Positions 38,377-48,646 of a DNA stretch of 48,646 nucleotides are shown here, one piece after another. The first letter of the stretch is position 1. Each line of letters begins with the position of its first letter. A program made the position numbers and the translations under genes. The DNA comes from Octopus sinensis. Taxonomy: Eukaryota. The DNA lies in NCBI RefSeq assembly GCF_006345805.1, contig NW_021835370.1:1-48646 (forward strand). The letters are read 5' to 3'. A model generated the notes under the pieces. It was given only the letters and a program-made list of their open reading frames with translations, had not been told where the DNA came from and ran no database searches.

Positions 38377-38919
38377 GAGTGAGAGAGCAGTGCATGCCAT
38401 CAAAGTGACACTGGGTAAAATATACGAAGCCCAGTATACCCATCATGACTACCGTCTGATAAGGGTACACTAGGCACATGAATCACAACCATATGTACGC
38501 GACAGTGATCTCATATCAAGATAAACAGCGCATAACCTTGGAGGTGTGGCCCAGTTAGAATTTTCTTCTAGTCGAGTAGCCCATCCCGCTCAAAAGGACC
38601 CTGAATAAGGATTGTTTAAGGATGATGAACGAACCACCCATGTTTCCAAAGATGAACTATCCAAACCTCTAAGAATTCATTTCAACACACGGCTATGATG
38701 CTCCTCCACTACTTCTGCTCATGATCAGAGATGCACATATCGTCAGTTACTCAGGGACATGGTCAACTGGTTAAGGTCAAACAACTGACAAGCAAATCTG
38801 TGGTATTGAGCAGAATATTTGCTGTAACTCATTTTTTATACCAAGACAAAACAATATACATGATAACACTTCCAATCTGTTAAGATCAGAAGCCATGAGT
38901 GACAGTGCCTAGTACTGCA
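38377..38919 (-). mobile_element. Element X, long form (~540 bp, non-coding, within TAA tracts), copy 1
   Basis: Complex sequence flanked on both sides by (ATT)n; no tRNA A/B boxes or long ORF recognised. Confidence 0.8.
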
Positions 38920-39000
<81 letters not shown>

Positions 39001-39012
39001 TATTATTATTAT

Positions 39013-39116
39013 GAGTGAGAGAGCAGTTCATGCCATCAAAGTGACACTGGGGGGTAAAATATACGAAGCCCAATATACCCATCATGACTACCGTCTGATA
39101 AAGGTACACCAGGCAC
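39013..39116 (-). mobile_element. Element X, truncated
   Basis: As 37873-37975, with homopolymer indels. Confidence 0.85.
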
Positions 39117-39183
<67 letters not shown>

Positions 39184-39427
39184 TTATGTTTGACGTTTGC
39201 TTTACATTTGTACAAATTGACTCCAAGTCTCACCCAGATACCTCAAGAGACAACAAGTTAGAAGTTCATGTTGGTGTTGTGCCTAGGGTGCCATATATTG
39301 GTTCTGTACATAGTGTTCTTCTAGAGAATGTTTAAGAAACCATAAGAAAATTATGTTTGTTTTAAAATTTCAGATTACATACACAGTATTTTGAGTAGGA
39401 TATGGGCAGTTCCCATGAGCACTATCT
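39184..39427 (-). mobile_element. R4/Dong-like 3' end, copy 2
   Basis: Near-identical to 38041-38285. Confidence 0.75.
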
Positions 39428-39446
39428 ATTATTATTATTATTATTA

Positions 39447-39511
<65 letters not shown>

Positions 39512-40051
39512 GAGTGAGAGAGCAGTGCATGCCATCAAAGTGACACTGGGTAAAATATACGAAGCCCAGTATACCCATCATGACTACCGTCTGATAAGGG
39601 TACGCTAGGCACATGAATCACAACCATATGTACGCGACAGTGATCTCATATCAAGATAAACAGCGCATAACCTTGGAGGTGTGGCCCAGTTAGAATTTTC
39701 TTCTAGTCGAGTAGCCCATCCCGCTCAAAAGGACCCTGAATAAGGATTGTTTAAGGATGATGAACGAACCACCCATGTTTCCAAAGATGAACTATCCAAA
39801 CCTCTAAGAATTCATTTCAACACACGGCTATGATGCTCCTCCACTACTTCTGCTCATGATCAGAGATGCACATATCGTCAGTACTCAGGGACATGGTCAA
39901 CTGGTTAAGGTCAAACAACTGACAAGCAAATCTGTGGTTGAGCAGAATATTTGCTGTAACTCATTTTTTATACCAAGACAAAACAATATACATGATAACA
40001 CTTCCAATCTGTTAAGATCAGAAGCCATGAGTGACAGTGCCTAGTACTGCA
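39512..40051 (-). mobile_element. Element X, long form, copy 2
   Basis: Near-identical to 38377-38919. Confidence 0.8.
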
Positions 40052-40067
40052 ATTATTATTATTATTA

Positions 40068-40152
<85 letters not shown>

Positions 40153-40445
40153 GTTATTATTATTATTATTATTATTAATGTCGTTTACCCATACGTGCAT
40201 TGTGTTTCACTGCTTCATTTCATGTATTTATTTATTTCATTTTTGGCCAATCTTTTTGTGTGTGTTTTATATACGCTTGTTGGATTTATGTGGTTGGCTG
40301 GCTGGCTGGATGGCTGTTTGGTAGGTTGGTTGGTTGGTTGGCTGGTTTTCTATGTTTTTATTCTTTTCACGCACTTTACTTATTCCACTGGTGCTACTTT
40401 CTGCAACACGAAGAATTCCCTCCCCCTTCTCTCTCTCTCTCTCTT

Positions 40446-40481
<36 letters not shown>

Positions 40482-40646
40482 CCTTTCGTTCTCTCTGTAA
40501 ATTAGGAACAACCAGACTAGCAGTTTAAAACAGATGTCATCAATCTCGAATACCAGTTTCAAACAAATTAAGCATTAAGGTTATTGTTCCACACGAAACG
40601 CAAAAAATGCCAAAGAAATTCCAACAGCGACGACAACAACAACAGC

Positions 40647-40681
<35 letters not shown>

Positions 40682-41129
40682 AAACAAACAACATTATCCA
40701 CAACAAATACAACAAGAGAAGGCGATAAGACGAAAAACAAATTCAATGAATAGAAGAAGAAGAGATAATGGAAACTAATAGACGTAGAAGGCATGGAGGG
40801 ATATTTTGTTAAAAGACTTATTTCAGGCGTTCAGTCAAGGAATCTTGCTAAGCTCTAAACTGACTGAGCTATTGACGCCAACGACAAAGGATTAGGTGGT
40901 GTGCTCTAAATGAATGTGTGTGTGTGTCGGTGAAGACGCGTGTGCACATGTGTGCGTGTGTATGTGTGTGTTTATGTTTGTGTTTTGTAGCTCTATGTGT
41001 AGGTGAGTGTTTATGCGAGTGTAATGTAATCTATTAGCTGTGCTTTAATTATGGTATTTAACATGGGATATTTGTATATATAATATATATGTATGTATAT
41101 ATATATATTATATATATATATATATATAG

Positions 41130-41175
<46 letters not shown>

Positions 41176-41282
41176 GTGTGTATTATCCATACTAACATAA
41201 TTCATTCAACTACTTATATATATATGTATGTATATATGTATGTATGAAATGTGTATCAATGTATGTATGTATGTATGTACCT

Positions 41283-41660
41283 ATTCTTTTATTCTTTTAT
41301 TCGTTTCCTTGTTTCAGTCATTTGGCTGTGGCTATGCTGGAGCACCGCCTTTAGTCGAGCAAATTGACCCCAGGAGTTTTTCTTCGTAAACTTAATACTT
41401 AATCTACCGGTCTTTTTTGCCGAACCGCCAAGATAAGGGAACGTAAACACACCAACTTCGGTTGTCAAGCGATGGTGGGAGACAAACACAGATACACAAA
41501 CATACATACATATATACGATGGGCTTCTTTTAGCTTCCGTCTACCAAATCAACTCACAAGCTTTTGGTCGACCCGCGGCTATAGTAGAAACCAATTGCTC
41601 TAGGTGCCGCCCAGTGAGACTTGAACCCAGAAGCAAGTTTTTCGGAAGCAAGTGTCTTGT
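41283..41660 (-). mobile_element. SINE family A, near full length
   Basis: Both halves are present in reverse complement, showing that the 5' and 3' halves seen elsewhere belong to one element. Confidence 0.9.
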
Positions 41661-41690
41661 ATATAATATATACATACTATATATATATAT

Positions 41691-41751
<61 letters not shown>

Positions 41752-41898
41752 ATATATATATATATATATATACACACATAAATACTCGTGCACACACACT
41801 CGTAAGTGTAAGTATATCATGTATGCGTATATATATCTGTAAATATGTAGGTATATGTGTATCTATCTTCTGTCTGTCTGTCTCTCTCTCTCTCTCTG

Positions 41899-41947
<49 letters not shown>

Positions 41948-42479
41948 TTGTATGTATGCATGTATGTATATGGCCTGCGTGCATGCTCTCCTGCTTGAGT
42001 GCGTGTGTGTGCACATGCATGCATGCTTACGCGTGTGTGTATATACTATATAATCATAGTCTCCGCTTCTTTGTACTGATGTATGTCTATATTCGTTTCT
42101 ATTCCTATGAGATTCAGAGAGAGAGAAAGAGAGAGAAAAACAGATACAGAGACAGAGAAAGAAAGAGAAAGAGAAAGAGAGAGAATTAGCGCGCTCGCAT
42201 TTATAAAATGAGTTGAACGAATGATCACATTTTCTTGACAGAGAAGATACGGCCATATTTAATTACAAATTCTTTTATCTTCACACCGCACTGATCTCCC
42301 TCTAAAGTAGTATGATCTTGTATGTCTTAGAGCTGGACATGTTTTGCCTTTATTGTTCGTAAGTAAATTCCAGACTAAGTTCTTTAACCCGACCAACACA
42401 AACAAATTCGTTTACACAGCTATGGTTTGTGTGATAATTAATGCTTGCCCATTTGGTAAAATTTATAGTAGTTGTTTGT

Positions 42480-42680
42480 TTGTTGTTGTTTTTTTATCTC
42501 TAGGTCAACGTGGGTCTCTGATCAAAGTGCAGCTACATTCAAACCCTCTTTTTAGGAATATATCCATACTACATTATTTTTAATGTATCTTATCGATAGG
42601 ACGATCGGGTGAGATCTGAGTCAGATTTGGGTGCTATTTCTAGCATTCCGAAACACCACGAAGAAGCTCTTCTGACAACT
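42480..42680 (-). mobile_element. Family F repeat
   Basis: Follows (GTT)n: ctaggtcaac...ctgatcaaag...ctacatta...ggacgatcgggtgagatctgagtcagatttgggtgctatttctagca. Confidence 0.5.
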
Positions 42681-42687
42681 TGGTGAG

Positions 42688-42698
42688 TGTAGTAGTAA

Positions 42699-42752
<54 letters not shown>

Positions 42753-42882
42753 AAGTAGTAGTAGTAGTAGTAGTAGCAGCAGCAGCAGCATAGAAGCAGC
42801 AGCATAGAAGCAGCAGCATAGCAGAAGCAGCATAGCAGCAGCAGCTCTAGTAGTAGTAGTAGAGTAGTAGTAGTAGTTGCTG
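42688..42882. repeat. (TAG)n/(CAG)n compound microsatellite
   Basis: Direct. Confidence 0.92.
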
Positions 42883-42955
42883 TCACCGAAGTTTAGCACC
42901 ACATCTAGTCAGGTTGTTTATAAGTGAAACCAACAGGTGTAGTCTTAGATAGTAG

Positions 42956-43232
42956 AGGCGCAATGGCCCAGAGGCTAGGGCAGCGATTCATGGTCATAGG
43001 ATCGCGGTTTCGATTCCCAGACCGGGCATTGTGAGTGTTTATTGAGCGAAAACACCTAAAACTCCACGAGGCTCCGGCAGGGGGTGGTGGCAAATCCTGC
43101 TGTACTCTTTCACCACAACTTTCTCTCACTCTTTCGTCTTGTCTTTGTTGGGACCTATATTTCGAAGGGCCAGCCTCGTCACACTCTGTGTCACGCTGAA
43201 TTTCTTCGAGAACTACGTTGAGTGTAAGCTTG
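42956..43232 (+). mobile_element. tRNA-headed SINE with a distinct middle and 3' module C
   Basis: ggcgcaatggcccagaggctaggg...ggtttcgattcccagaccggg (A/B boxes); 3' aagggccagcctcgtcacactctgtgtcacgctgaat...gagaactacg is shared with the 25292 copy. Confidence 0.82.
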
Positions 43233-43804
43233 TCTGACGAGAACAAATATCCGTCAAATGTAAATAATGTAAATAATATTTATTTTTCGTTGTTTATTTT
43301 CTTTTTTTTACATTTTTTCGATCACCTTCAGATCAAACATATCTGTGACGAAGAATACTGATCACTATGACAACCATGAGGTTATTTTTCAGTTTGCAAA
43401 ACTCAATTTCAAAGTGTTTTTCTGTAATATGAGATTTAGCCAGTATTACCTATAAGAGCTTGACGTCTGAAGAGCACTTGTACTAAATGGTGTGCCATAA
43501 GGGGCAACTAGATGTGCCGCGAATATTTGAAAATATGAGTTTAAGCTGTAGAAAATATTATTAATGCTTCTTTGTTTTCACAACGAATTATTCATATACT
43601 TTTGTAAATAAATATTAAGAAAATGTGATACGCAATAGTCTTATTTATGTATATTTTTTTCTGACTTTTGATCTTTGAAATGTGCTTTGAAATGAGCGGA
43701 GTGCATCAGAAATTTTTTCTTTTCTTTATCGCTTGTCGTCATGATATCACAACGAACGAACCACTTATGTACACGCTTACCCACCCTACTGTGTTGGGAA
43801 TGAA

Positions 43805-44127
43805 ATAACGATGATGAAGAAGAGGAGGATGGTGATGATGACAACGACGACGGCGACGGCGATGATGACGATGATGATGATGATGATGATGCCACGACGA
43901 CAACGACGACGACGATGATGATGATGAAGATGATGATGATGACTACGATGACAACGATGATGACGATGATGATGACGACGACGACGACGACGATGACTAC
44001 GATGATGATGATGATGATGACTACGACGACAACGACGACCACGACCATGATGACTACGACGACAACGACGACCACGACGATGATGATGATGACTACGACA
44101 ACAACGACGACGATGACGACGACAAAA

Positions 44128-44171
<44 letters not shown>

Positions 44172-44185
44172 ACCGAGGACGACGT
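43805..44185. repeat. (GAT/GAC)n degenerate trinucleotide array
   Basis: Direct. Confidence 0.92.
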
Positions 44186-44659
44186 TGCGACTTTTCTGAC
44201 AATTATATCTTCCCCATGGAGACAATACGAAATTTCAGAAGACCGCATTAAAAAAAAAAACAAAAACAAAAACAAAAAAACAGAGAATCATATTTGGCGG
44301 GATGAGGTGGGACGGGTTGGGGGAGAATCAGAGAACTTTCTGAGCTGAACCAGACACAAAAACAAAGTCTCAACAAGTCAACATCCACATTTTATTTTCT
44401 TTTTCTTTTTCTTTTTTTTTTATTCGTTAACCTAAATATTTTATATATTGGACATTACAATTATTTTTTACTACTTCACACTACTCTGCTATTAAAACTA
44501 CAGGACATTCATAAAAAACAAACAAACAAATAAACAAAGCATTTAAAACATCTTTTTTAATATTTGGCAACAAACAAAGGATAGAATATATGCAAAACTG
44601 GACATCCCAATATGTTTATATTTTAACGATATCATAACCATTACCATCATCGTCATATT

Positions 44660-44660
44660 T

Positions 44661-44692
<32 letters not shown>

Positions 44693-44700
44693 CATTATTA

Positions 44701-44763
<63 letters not shown>

Positions 44764-44789
44764 TATTATTATTATCAGTTATTATTTTA

Positions 44790-44820
<31 letters not shown>

Positions 44821-44846
44821 CAGTTATTATTATTATTTTATTATTA

Positions 44847-44891
<45 letters not shown>

Positions 44892-44895
44892 CATC
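44660..44895. repeat. (ATT)n microsatellite
   Basis: Direct. Confidence 0.95.
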
Positions 44896-45209
44896 ACCAC
44901 GTAAATAAAATAGACATTATTAAACTCAAGTTTTGGCAATCTTTATAGTTAATATTCCTGTTGCACATTAACGTATTTATTTATAGAATTTTGTTTGCTG
45001 TCACACAATGGTTCTGTATAGAAGAATAGTCATTTCTTGGAAAGTACTACGTACACTTCATAGCTTCAATTAATAAAAATATTTCAAATGGAAAAATATT
45101 TATTTTGTTTTTCAACTAATAGCGTCTATACGAAGCGGAGCATAAGGGTAAATTCCATTTATGAAATTTATTAAACGTACCATGAGCAAACAGACGTGAA
45201 GGGCAGTTC

Positions 45210-45690
45210 TCTCTTCTCTTTTATCTTTTACTTCTTCGTTCAGTCATGAGGCTGCGGCCATGCTGGAGCACCGCCTTCAAGAATTTTTAGTCGAACGTGC
45301 TCATTCTTTTTCAGAATATTACTTATTGTATCGTTTTTTTGGTTTTTTTGCCGCGCCGCTAATTTGTGAGGAGGTAAACACGCCTCCACCGATTGTCAAG
45401 GGATAGTGAGAGACAGGCACAAACAAAAGACACACACACATTTACTGTGTATGTATATATATATATATATATATATATTTATGTGTGTGTGTGTGTGTGT
45501 GTGCATACATGTGCGCGTGCACTACACACTTCTTTGAGATTCCGTCTACCAAATCAACATACGAGACCTTGGTCGGTCCAAGTGTTCTCAAATGTGAAGA
45601 GGACACTTGCGCAAGGTGGCACGCAGTGTGGCTGAACCGGTACTGTGTGGTTAGGAAGCGAACTTCTATCTACACAGCTACGCCGGCTCC
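45210..45690 (-). mobile_element. SINE family A, full length, degenerate
   Basis: Reverse complement of both halves with an internal TA/TG expansion. Confidence 0.85.
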
Positions 45691-45861
45691 TATTAAAAAT
45701 ATTATCTGTCAGAAGTGGGATTTGAACCCATGCCCACATCCATAGACCAGTTATATATTTTTCATTTTTTTCCTTACGTTCTGACAATGGAGAAAAGATT
45801 AGTACCATTAAACTTGACAGCTCGACTGTGGAAGCTGGTCTTCAAGCTATTAATATCTCGT

Positions 45862-46357
45862 TTAATCCTTTAGCGTTTAAACCGGCGATATCTGGTCCAA
45901 ATATTCTTTCTGTTTTATGATCAAACTAGCCGGATCTGGCCTTTTACACCAACATTGCAATGTCTTTCCTAAAGTAAAGAGTCAAATCATTGAAAACTCA
46001 AAGCTACAAGGCAATGCATGAATAATTCAAAATAATGTAAATATATAGGCATTGCATTTGATAAAGTTATTTGGGAGGGTAAAGTTACTTTCTAGATTCA
46101 TGCTGTCTTACAAGGGCCGGTTTCCCGGTTTCATGGCGTATAAATTCCCCACCCGGAGGGGACCCCAGTCTCTTGTATGATTACTCATTTTTGCCAGCTG
46201 AGTGGAATGGAGCAATGTGAAATGAAGTGTTTTGCTCAAGAACAAGACGCGTTGCCCGGTCCAGGACTCGAACCACAGCTTTACGATCATGAGTTCAGCA
46301 TTCCTAACTACTAAACCACGCGCCTCGTTTGATAGCGTAATCTGAAATCTAAAGGGT
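45862..46357. mobile_element. piggyBac-like MITE (TTAA target) with a SINE inserted near its right end
   Basis: Left ttaa|tcctttagcgttt and right aaatctaaaggg|ttta: CCC(T)...GGG termini with TTAA-like flanks. Confidence 0.6.
46100..46326 (-). mobile_element. tRNA-headed SINE with CORE-like middle and 3' module D
   Basis: Minus strand: gaggcgcgtggtttagtagttagg...ggtttcgagtcctggaccggg...ttgttcttgagcaaaacacttcatttcacattgctcca...aaaaatgagt...atgaaaccgggaaaccggccctt. Confidence 0.82.
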
Positions 46358-46489
46358 TTACTCTTTAAAATTCAGTGCTGCAGGCTAACATCTACAGGAA
46401 ATATAAATTCAACGAGATTTCAGGGAGCGGAAGAACTGGGAAGAAAGACGGAATAAAATGGTTAGTACAAAAGAAGGATAAACTCCTTA

Positions 46490-46832
46490 AACCGAAGTGG
46501 CTGAGTTCGATGCTGCATTGTATGCGCTGAGAACCCCTTCGGGCATGACTGACCATGGGATTGCACCTAGAAAGTTACCTTCCCAGGCACAAGTCCGGTC
46601 AAGGTTATTTATGGAAGGCCAGTAGTCGCCCATGCATACTGGCTTCCCCTCTCCACGCCACCAGTGTTATCCAAGGGAAAGGCAAAGGGACCGATGCAGC
46701 TTGGCACCTGCGACATCGCAACTCATTTTTACAGCTGAGTGAACACAGCACGCAGCCCGGACTGGGATTCTAACTCACAACCTCACGATCGTTAGCTCGA
46801 CTCTCTAACCACTGAGCCATGCGCCTTCACTA
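46490..46832 (-). mobile_element. tRNA-headed SINE with partly deleted CORE-like middle and 3' module E
   Basis: Minus strand: gtgaaggcgcatggctcagtggttagag...gagttagaatccc...cactcagctgtaaaaatgagttgcga...aggtaactttctaggtgcaatcccatgg. A fragment of the same tail occurs at 47585-47612. Confidence 0.82.
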
Positions 46833-47619
46833 CATTGTATGTAGAAATATATTTATTTATGCATAAATATGTATGTGTTTGATTGTAGAAGTATTTGTAT
46901 ATGCATGTATGTGTGTGTGTATTTACGTGTGCATTTGTTTGTGTGCGAATGTGTATGTGTGTCTATGTATATGTGTGCATGTATATATGAGTGCGTATCG
47001 TGCATGCGTGTATGTTTGCGTGTGTGTATGCGCGCTTGTATGTGTACGTCTGCATATTCGTGTGTGAGCATGTGTATATGAGTGCATATGTGTACGTGCG
47101 TGAATGTATGTGTGCCTGTGTGTATATGTGCTTGTGTATATGACTATATGTGTAAGTGTGTGTGCATATGGGTGCAAATGCGTATGTGCTCGTATGTGTA
47201 TGTGTGCATGTGAGTACCTGTTCGTTTGTGTATGTGTGCAGGATGTGTATGGATGCATGTGTATGTGTGAAAATTTGACTGTGTGTGCATGTATGACTTC
47301 GGGTAGCTTGCCGAAAAGAAAATGAGAAATGGAAAATAGAAAATCAAAGGTGACAAATACATGTGAAACGAAATATTTATCATTGTACGTTAGTGCAATA
47401 TCAAACATTAAATGACATTCTATTCATAGCAGTTAAGAATATAGTTTGACCAGACAAGATTAAGTGATAATACAATCGAAATATGATGGTGTGGTTCAGC
47501 CTGAAGAATTTCATCATAACTAGCGTTTTATAGCTGTTTCACTAGGCATATAATAATATTTCTATTCTGAACTGTTAAGGCCACGGAATTACACCTAGAA
47601 AGTTACTCTCCAAGTAACA

Positions 47620-47679
47620 TATACATACCTACATACATACATACATACATACATACATACATACATACATACATAATAG

Positions 47680-47713
<34 letters not shown>

Positions 47714-47715
47714 GA

Positions 47716-47746
<31 letters not shown>

Positions 47747-47781
47747 TATATATAATATATATATATATATATATAATATAT

Positions 47782-47843
<62 letters not shown>

Positions 47844-47890
47844 ATATATATTATTATATAATATATATATATATATAAATATAATATATT
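47620..47890. repeat. (TACA)n then (TA)n microsatellite
   Basis: Direct. Confidence 0.95.
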
Positions 47891-47894
47891 CAAA

Positions 47895-48105
47895 ATATGA
47901 CCGCGTGTGTACCGTTGGCGATTTTTTTTCCCCTCCGCTTTCCCTTCTCTGTATCTTTCCTTTTCCTATGTTTGTGACGAAGAGCTCCGCTCGAACGTTG
48001 AATCCTCCTTCTTCTCTTCCTTCCTGAGCGTCCAATAATACTATATTTGTTCCACGTCCTCGCGTTGTTGTGTTTTCTCTTTGTGTTTTCATGTTTGGAT
48101 TAACT
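47895..48105 (+). mobile_element. ~210-bp solo Penelope-pLTR-like element between (TA)n tracts
   Basis: GC-richer complex island bounded by TA repeats on both sides and carrying a hammerhead-like relic. Confidence 0.6.
47970..48003 (+). ncRNA. Minimal hammerhead ribozyme relic (two core mutations)
   Basis: gttt-GTGACGA-a-gagc(tcc)gctc-GAA-cgtt-gaat: CUGANGA with C>G, GAAA missing one A, palindromic aacgtt stem III typical of minimal Penelope hammerheads, and stem I still pairable with wobbles. Confidence 0.55.
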
Positions 48106-48107
48106 TC

Positions 48108-48141
<34 letters not shown>

Positions 48142-48646
48142 GTATATATATAAAGATGTATGTATCTATACGTATGTATATATATATATAATGTATGTAT
48201 GTATAATATATACATATGTGTGTATGTATGATTGTAAGTATGAAGGTAAAATATGTCCTAATTTTATTTCTGTTTGATCCTGTCGTAATTATTCCAATTT
48301 GGTCGTTGCTGAATATGTAAGTTTAATAGTTTGCCTGTTAAAAAGTCCGTGATATTTGTGATGAGGTGAAAATTTCTGTCCATCAATTCATAAAAGATTT
48401 TCGCAGTCGGAGTTTTAATATCATTTATGAAGAGAGGATGAAACCAGCGATTTTGGTACTTACTTCATTTTTATAGTATAACTGTTAGTCCAACAATTCC
48501 CAGGGCATGAGATTATGATCATCAAATCGACGTTCTGAGAATTAGCATGTCCAGTGTCCTTTCTATCACTCATTATTTTGTTTTGATTATAACTGGGGTT
48601 TTTTTTTTTTCAGTGGAGACTATCGCCTTCAGTTCTAGCGTTATTA

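Noticed and set aside
38860-38919. 5' end of element X (minus strand, ...atggcttctgatcttaacag...) as a U2-like snRNA
   Set aside because: Only a few short words are similar; no branch-point recognition sequence or Sm site in register.
42600-42682. Plus-strand exon-like segment DDRVRSESDLGAISSIPKHHEEALLTT with a gtgagt donor
   Set aside because: It lies within a family F interspersed repeat; weak acceptor; no recognisable protein. Exonisation is not excluded but is unsupported.

Overview
AT-rich, microsatellite-saturated eukaryotic non-coding DNA. The interspersed repeats resemble those I recall from octopod cephalopod (Octopus-type) genomes; this is inference from repeat recognition, not a database result. 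No host protein-coding gene can be supported, and almost every ORF in the supplied track is a translation of simple repeats. The window holds many tRNA-headed SINEs of several modular families and decayed LINE fragments (R4/Dong-like, HERO-like, RTE-like, Penelope-like). It also holds Tc1 and maT/DD37D transposase relics, three MITEs and two sets of near-identical tandem duplications. The most notable signals are: (i) hammerhead-ribozyme motifs next to (TA)n tracts at Penelope-type ends, one with an intact core and an extended stem II (28889-28993); (ii) an unclassified ~540-bp non-coding element found only inside (TAA)n tracts, co-oriented with R4/Dong 3' ends and showing 5'-truncation polarity (37381-40051); (iii) a SINE flanked by a ~93-bp direct duplication (2540-2941); and (iv) an isolated 6-nt microexon-like splice configuration (32609-32614). 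Repeat boundaries are estimated by eye and may be off by about 10-20 bp.
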